From assembly GCA_011605725.1 (NCBI GenBank), contig JAAOZP010000003.1, positions 1 through 64,000 on the forward strand: DNA of 64,000 nt, in the 5' to 3' direction. A model generated the notes under the pieces. That model was not told where the DNA came from. It was given only the letters and a program-made list of their open reading frames with translations, and ran no database searches. How positions within the stretch are numbered: the first letter of the stretch is position 1; every line of letters begins with the position of its first letter. Shown here one piece after another: positions 58,405 through 64,000 of the stretch. This DNA is from Nitrososphaerota archaeon (GTDB lineage Archaea; Thermoproteota; EX4484-205; JAAOZP01). The position numbers and the translations under genes were made by a program.

Positions 58405-58456
58405 TAGATTATTACATACTGGCTAAGGCTATATGGCTCTTTCGCGCGCCAACGTA

Positions 58457-58936
58457 CTATTCGCGATGTTCAGTAGGGGGTGTGGCTCCACCAATAACGC
58501 ATAGGGCGTTGATCACCCTTAACCCACTGGTTTCCTTGCTGACTAACCCTAGAAACTTGCTCGTCCAGAACCATACTTCCTCAGGCGTGCACGACATTAG
58601 GTATCTCATGGTTTTCTCCGCCGTTTCATCCGTCTCGGCGTAAGCTAATGTTGCTGTCGCTAAACCTATTCTATACGCGTCCACCATGGCCTCCATGCTC
58701 TTCGGTGGAAAGTCTATGCGGAAACCTGTACGTGTCCTTCTGCTCCCATATTTAGCCACCAGCTCTTTTATATGAGGGCGAATCATTATTACGCGGCTGC
58801 CCTTCAATGAACCGATGATGAAGCTTGGACGCCTGAGCTCGTGTGGTAGGGCCAGCTCCCTTGATTTCGGCCAAGCCTCTACAGACACCTTTTCATTTTT
58901 TCCCTTCGAATATTTCAACACGTATTTGTAGGTCAA
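58457..58936 (-). CDS. Small accessory protein of the DUF499 system (DUF3780-like position)
   Basis: 2 bp downstream of DUF499; RIGL......PEEVWFW.SK pattern. Confidence 0.65.
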   Translation of the reverse strand: MTYKYVLKYSKGKNEKVSVEAWPKSRELALPHELRRPSFIIGSLKGSRVIMIRPHIKELVAKYGSRRTRTGFRIDFPPKSMEAMVDAYRIGLATATLAYAETDETAEKTMRYLMSCTPEEVWFWTSKFLGLVSKETSGLRVINALCVIGGATPPTEHRE

Positions 58937-58938
58937 GC

Positions 58939-61887
58939 CTATGCACCTACATTTGCCTCGAGGCCTGCCACTATATCCTTACCAAGGCTTCTAAGCACCC
59001 CTGCAGCATCCTCTGGCTTAACCGGCTCACCCCATTTAAGCTCAAGCCGCACCTGTAGCGAATCTATTCCCTTAAGCCTCCAGAGGAGATCCAGCATGCT
59101 CTTACCCTCCTCTTTCTGCAAATCCTCCTTATTAATTTCGAAAGAGATCGTGTAACTAGGAGACCTAGGCCTAGTAATCGACCCCGATAACCTTATGTTG
59201 CAATTTCTCTCCGGGCCTAGGCGGGTGAGAAGGTTTTTAATCTCAAGAAGCTGTCCAGCATCATTAGAGGAAATCTTTAAAATCACACTATTAACTTTAG
59301 TAAAACGGTCCCGAATAGCTCTCTTCTCTATGTCGTTCGCCAAAGTTTCAACAGAGGATTCTGCAAGCACTATTAAGGTTGGACGCACCTTTTCCTCGGT
59401 GGGTTCAATTCCCCTCTTTTCCCCAGTATCTTTAGACACCTTTTCTTTTCCTCGGAGAAGCTTGTCGGCTTCTTCTGGCGTTAGTAACTCGGTGCGCTCA
59501 TCCATTAAAATAGACTTCGGAGGATTATCCTTAGTATATATCATGTCTCCACACTTCAGAACCCATACCCCGTTTTCAACACCTCTTCTAACAGTTTCCA
59601 GAAACTTATCCTTAGACGACGAAATTATCATACCGGGTTTCCTGTAGAATTGCTCAAACAGCATCCTTATGCTTACGCTTTCTGCCCCCGCTGGCCAAAC
59701 ATTGGAGAACACGTATACAGGGTCAAGAGGCTCGTCCTTTACCCTGCCAAGCACGTTAACCAGTATATGCTTAAGCATATCGTAGCCACTGGCACCGGAA
59801 GCATAGCCGCTTCCATCTCTTACAGGTATTACTTTAACTCCCTCCGCATCATAATATACGAAGTTAGAAAAGGCTCCTCTGATGTAGTCGTGAAGATTCT
59901 TTTCCTGTCTTGCCAAATACTCTTCAACATCGTTTTTTCTATCCTCACTTATACCATACTTCTTTAGGTCTCCCTTCACCATCCTCGCCGCCACTACCTT
60001 CCTAGCCACTTGCTTCATGGGTTCAATCCTGTCTTGAGCAGCAACCAGCAGAAACGTGGAGTTGGTGAACATCCTTGCATGTTGACCATGATCATCCCTA
60101 TGTTCTAGAAACCTTCTAACTCGCTCTGGAACAGTTCTGTCTGATATTACGTATTCATTGGGGTTAAGTATTGCGACTTGAATTACGGGCTCGTCGTCAA
60201 AGACTTTGCTTGGAGATGATGGGAAGAGCTCTACATCTATCCAGTCGGGCGATGAAGGAGTTCGTTTGAAAAGCTCATTCCGCAGCTTCTCCTTGATAAC
60301 CTCTAGAGTTTCGCTCTCAGTTATGTCCCTCGACAGAAGGTCGATAACCCTTATTGGCGTCGGCTCTCTAACGAAGACAAATCTCTCGCCTTGCCTGTCG
60401 ACAAAATGGAAGTTTTCTGAAAGATAATCCAGCACGATGTCACGTACCCTCATAAAGTGTTCCCTCCTGGCCGGCGTGACTAGTAGCGAAACCAGAAGCT
60501 CCGACCTAATGCCTTTATCCCCCTCCTTTCCAGCAGTTAAGCTATAAAGGTAAATCGTATTACAAGCTCTCCTAACGAGCGGTACTCCCCAGTTTTCCTT
60601 AGCCTGCTCATCCAGTTTTTCAGCAACAGCAGTACCGTCACCCTTCCAAACATCGGCTTCCACAGCATTTCTGAGCTTCTGCTCTCCGATATGCGTGGAT
60701 AATTCGGCAAGCACATCTCGGTCAGCTAGGTCCACATGGAAAGGATGGATTAAGGTAGCGTCTTCCTCTTTTTCCGACCACATCTTGCGAACAACCTTAA
60801 CGAGGAGCCGTAAAGCCCCCCTTGTTCTCTGAAACCTGTCGAGGGTAGCAACCCTCTCGTACAGGACTCTTATTAGATGAGGGTGAAAAGGATAATAATC
60901 CCTTATCATATCTCTGTAAGACTTGCTCTTAAACTCGTCTGGAACCGTTAGACTCTGGTAGAGCTCGTGATAAGCATCAGCCACATCCTCCGCCACCTTA
61001 CTGTTAATCTTCTTAAACAGGCGTCTCTTCAAAATGTGGACGGCATCCTCCTCTTCTATCGGGACTAAGACAAGTTCTTTTCTCGCTACATGGGCCCTCG
61101 TCTCAGCCATCGCATTCCTAACAGCATCTGAAACCGCTTGCCTAGCCTTCTCAGCCTCAGACCTGTAAACGTCCTCAGCAATCGCCATCACTAGGACAGC
61201 GTCATCCTTCTCGGACACGGCTAGCACAAGCCTCTGAATCCACATTATAGTCTTATCAAGCATATCCTTCTCGAGGGCTACGAGCTTCAAGTAGGACGGC
61301 AACTCGTCGAGAAGAATCAGGACAGGTCCTCCCTCAAGAACCTTCTTAATGTCGTCGATACCGGGGACCTTTGCTTCCCGGTCAATACCAGCATAGTCAT
61401 CATATTTGCCCAACTGCCAGAAGAGGTCGCCCCATATCGTTCTGATTCTGGTGCCGTCCCTAGTTATGCCATCACTCTTATAGTCCTCACCACTGATAGT
61501 CACAACCTTCACGTTCCGAGGAAACCTTAGGTTCCCCAAGAATTCCGAAACCTCGCTTCTGCCACTGTATTTGGCTGCATAATAGAGAGTGGCAAGAGTA
61601 TGAGTCTTACCGCCGCCGAAGCCAACGTCGAGGACGATAACCGGGTTTACACCCTTCTTAGTGCCCGACAGCCTCCCGGCTACACTCTCCAATATCAGCC
61701 TCATGTTGCTAGTTAAGTGCGTCGCGGATAGAAATGAAACAGGGTTATCGTAAGGTGGCTTAGCAGTTCCTGAGACAATCGTGGAGAGCCTGAGAGCCAG
61801 GTCGGCATCTGTTAACGAGCCTGATAAAACCTCTTCCCTGGGAATACAAGCCTCCTCATCCCAGACCCGGGGAACATGTTCCGACAT
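58939..61887 (-). CDS. DUF499 AAA+ ATPase
   Basis: PREEVL.G, F...T..T, FGGGKTHTL, LILLDEL, ILKRRLF, YPFHP, FQRTRGALRLL. Confidence 0.92.
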   Translation of the reverse strand: MSEHVPRVWDEEACIPREEVLSGSLTDADLALRLSTIVSGTAKPPYDNPVSFLSATHLTSNMRLILESVAGRLSGTKKGVNPVIVLDVGFGGGKTHTLATLYYAAKYSGRSEVSEFLGNLRFPRNVKVVTISGEDYKSDGITRDGTRIRTIWGDLFWQLGKYDDYAGIDREAKVPGIDDIKKVLEGGPVLILLDELPSYLKLVALEKDMLDKTIMWIQRLVLAVSEKDDAVLVMAIAEDVYRSEAEKARQAVSDAVRNAMAETRAHVARKELVLVPIEEEDAVHILKRRLFKKINSKVAEDVADAYHELYQSLTVPDEFKSKSYRDMIRDYYPFHPHLIRVLYERVATLDRFQRTRGALRLLVKVVRKMWSEKEEDATLIHPFHVDLADRDVLAELSTHIGEQKLRNAVEADVWKGDGTAVAEKLDEQAKENWGVPLVRRACNTIYLYSLTAGKEGDKGIRSELLVSLLVTPARREHFMRVRDIVLDYLSENFHFVDRQGERFVFVREPTPIRVIDLLSRDITESETLEVIKEKLRNELFKRTPSSPDWIDVELFPSSPSKVFDDEPVIQVAILNPNEYVISDRTVPERVRRFLEHRDDHGQHARMFTNSTFLLVAAQDRIEPMKQVARKVVAARMVKGDLKKYGISEDRKNDVEEYLARQEKNLHDYIRGAFSNFVYYDAEGVKVIPVRDGSGYASGASGYDMLKHILVNVLGRVKDEPLDPVYVFSNVWPAGAESVSIRMLFEQFYRKPGMIISSSKDKFLETVRRGVENGVWVLKCGDMIYTKDNPPKSILMDERTELLTPEEADKLLRGKEKVSKDTGEKRGIEPTEEKVRPTLIVLAESSVETLANDIEKRAIRDRFTKVNSVILKISSNDAGQLLEIKNLLTRLGPERNCNIRLSGSITRPRSPSYTISFEINKEDLQKEEGKSMLDLLWRLKGIDSLQVRLELKWGEPVKPEDAAGVLRSLGKDIVAGLEANVGA

Positions 61888-61910
61888 ACGATAATAAGAA
61901 CCCAGGCAAG

Positions 61911-61922
61911 CTATTTAAATAG
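61911..61922. promoter_or_regulatory. Palindromic TATA element between divergent DUF499 and DUF1156 genes
   Basis: CTATTTAAATAG is a perfect palindrome centred about 30 bp from ATG 61887 (-) and ATG 61948 (+). Confidence 0.65.
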
Positions 61923-61938
61923 TTAGCCTCAGTACATT

Positions 61939-64000
61939 ATGCTGAAAATGCCGGAGAAAATCGGCGCACCGGCTGAAAGAAGGGTTCTGATAGACGACTG
62001 GTTCCCAGCCGGAGAGGCTAGCGTCGAAAGCGTGAGAGAGAGGAGTGTAGGTCAGAATCCGCCAATAAACAGAATGCATGTCTGGTTTGCACGCCGACCG
62101 TTAGTTGCATCCAGGGCCGCGGTCCTAGCCTCCATCCTCCCGCCTGATACGACGAGAGAGTCTTTCCTGAGGCTTCTAGGAATCCCGCCGGATAAGGATG
62201 TTGTCGGGGCAAGCGAACAGCTGGAGAGGGCGAAGGCTATGGGAACAAGGCTTGAGCAAAATCCGCTCAGCTGGCCCCGGGCCTTCAAATACACTCCTAC
62301 TAGGCAACAGCTGGCTGAGCTTAAACAGAGCATCTCAAAGTTTTGGGGCAAGAGTGAAGTAACTGTCTTAGACCCAATGGCGGGCGGAGGCAGCATACCC
62401 TACGAGGCTCTTCGCCTAGGTCTGAACGTTGTGGCGATGGACCTGAATCCCGTGGCATTCCTATGCCTAAAGACGACGCTAGAATACCCTACGAGGTTCA
62501 GGGGCAAGCTCATACCTGCTGTTAGAGATTTTTGCGAGAAAATACATGAAAAAGCAAAACTAGAATTGGAAAAATACTTTCCAAAAGGAAAGTCAGAGAA
62601 CGTATATGCCTACCTCTGGGCAAGAACCATAAAGTGTCCTTCATGCGGCCTGGTAATTCCGCTCTCTCCCAACTGGTGGATTGTCAGGCAGGGTGACAAG
62701 AACGATAAGGCCGTAAAGCTAACCGTCAGTAACTCTTCAAATACCTGTTCCTTCGAAATAGTTGAAAACCCGCGCAAGCATGGAATTAATCCGGACGAGG
62801 GAACTGACATCGGTAAGGCTGCGAGGTGCCCGAGGTGCAAGACGACCATCAGCTCAACCGAGGTCAAGAGACAGGCTCAAGAGGGCTCCATGGGTCATCA
62901 GCTCTACGCAGTATCAACAAAGACTTTTTTGAATTTCAAGGAAGTCGAATGGGTCTTCAGGCCTCCTACTCCAGGGGAGATCGAGGCGGTTAGGGAAGCA
63001 GAGGAAAGGCTGAGGGAGAAACTGCCAGACTGGGAATCAAAAGGCCTTGTTCCCGTGGAAGTTATACCTGAAGGGCTAAAGACAAGAGAACCACTGAATT
63101 TCGGTCTACGCCGATGGTGCGACCTCTTTAATCCTCGCCAACTCCTTACGCACCTGACCTATCTTGAGAAGTTCCTTGAGGCCAAGAAGGAGCTCTTGGA
63201 GAAGGCTACAAACGAGGAAGAAAGAGAATTTGCAAAGGCCGTAGTAACATACGGTGCTCTAGTCTTTGATACTAGTGTTGACTATAATTCGGTTCTTACT
63301 AGGTGGGGACCCACAAGACAGGGTATACGGGGTTCAATGGCTGTCCAGGCATTTCCGTTCAAGACGAGCTACGCTGAGTGGAATCAGCTGGTTCCTAAGG
63401 GTGGTTACGAGTGGGCCTTGGAGAAGGTGCTTGATGCCCTTGAGGAGATCGTGAAGCTTCTCCCCGAAGAGGCTGGCGATGTTAAGGTCTTCTGCGGGGA
63501 CGCTGCTTCCATCCCGCTGCCTGATGGGAGTGTGGACTGCATTGTCGTTGACCCTCCCTACTACGAGAACGTTATGTATGGCGAGGTCAGCGACTTCTTC
63601 TACGTGTGGTTGAAGAGGCTCGTCGGGGATCTTTACCCTGAGGAGTTTTCAGGCGAGCTGTCGAACAAGGAGGATGAGGCTGTTGCCAACCCGGCGATGT
63701 TCAGAGGCATGGGGGGAAGAGCGAAGAGGTTAGCGAGCCAGCATTACGAGTCGAAGATGGAGGCCTGCTTCAGAGAGATGAGGAGGGTTCTCAGGGATGA
63801 TGGGGTTATGGTTGTGATGTTCACGCATAGGAAGGCGGAGGCCTGGGCCAGCTTGGCAACGGCTTTGATGAACGCAGGCTTCACGTTCAGGGCCTCCTGG
63901 CCGGTTGCAACCGAGCCCGGCCAGAAGTTCGGCAAGGCGGAGAAGGGCGTTCTCAGGATCACCGTTCTCCTGAGGTGTCAGAAGCGCGCCGCCGAGAAGA
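61939..64000 (+). CDS. DUF1156 adenine-specific DNA methyltransferase with Zn ribbon (partial, runs off window)
   Basis: Not in ORF track. RVLIDDWFP...SVESVRER...HVWFARRPLVASRAAVLAS, VLDPMAGGGSIPYEA, CPSC..CPRC, VDPPYYENVMYGEVSDFFYVW. Start at 61939 or 61948. Confidence 0.93.
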   Translation, partial: MLKMPEKIGAPAERRVLIDDWFPAGEASVESVRERSVGQNPPINRMHVWFARRPLVASRAAVLASILPPDTTRESFLRLLGIPPDKDVVGASEQLERAKAMGTRLEQNPLSWPRAFKYTPTRQQLAELKQSISKFWGKSEVTVLDPMAGGGSIPYEALRLGLNVVAMDLNPVAFLCLKTTLEYPTRFRGKLIPAVRDFCEKIHEKAKLELEKYFPKGKSENVYAYLWARTIKCPSCGLVIPLSPNWWIVRQGDKNDKAVKLTVSNSSNTCSFEIVENPRKHGINPDEGTDIGKAARCPRCKTTISSTEVKRQAQEGSMGHQLYAVSTKTFLNFKEVEWVFRPPTPGEIEAVREAEERLREKLPDWESKGLVPVEVIPEGLKTREPLNFGLRRWCDLFNPRQLLTHLTYLEKFLEAKKELLEKATNEEEREFAKAVVTYGALVFDTSVDYNSVLTRWGPTRQGIRGSMAVQAFPFKTSYAEWNQLVPKGGYEWALEKVLDALEEIVKLLPEEAGDVKVFCGDAASIPLPDGSVDCIVVDPPYYENVMYGEVSDFFYVWLKRLVGDLYPEEFSGELSNKEDEAVANPAMFRGMGGRAKRLASQHYESKMEACFREMRRVLRDDGVMVVMFTHRKAEAWASLATALMNAGFTFRASWPVATEPGQKFGKAEKGVLRITVLLRCQKRAAEK

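Noticed and set aside
62018-63962. Several short ORFs in the track at the right end
   Set aside because: They are shadows of the long DUF1156 frame, which has no stop in the window and so was not listed.
1-64000. Provirus, IS element or tRNA integration site
   Set aside because: No integrase, transposase, capsid or tRNA sequence was recognised by eye.

Overview
Archaeal genomic DNA. The GGTGA Shine-Dalgarno sites, TATA-type promoters and gene families are of TACK/Thermoproteota type, and Brockarchaeota or Bathyarchaeia is an unverified guess. Bases 1-19 are a Tn5/Nextera mosaic-end adapter, so this is a contig edge. Three zones follow. (1) About 2-30 kb is metabolic: flavodoxin, radical SAM, GH51, a PqqD-domain gene, and a 15-kb glycan-utilisation locus built around an uncharacterised three-membrane-protein transporter (DUF6785-like, M28/FtsX fusion, OPT-like) with an Lrp-fusion regulator and a shared promoter motif. 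(2) About 30-48 kb is a mosaic of toxin-antitoxin pairs, AAA/DUF4143 ATPases, EVE-domain proteins, glycosylases and many gene remnants. (3) About 48-64 kb is a DNA modification/defence island: MTase-HerA-NurA, HhH glycosylase-like gene, TcmP with two SPL-like radical SAM enzymes, GmrSD, and a DUF499/DUF1156 restriction-like system running off the right edge. The most striking unexplained signal is a variable-length palindrome, (T)AG(CG)nCT(A), at roughly 25 intergenic positions, several exactly where genes are broken. No rRNA, tRNA, CRISPR array, integrase or transposase was recognised. All family assignments come from reading motifs by eye, not from database searches.
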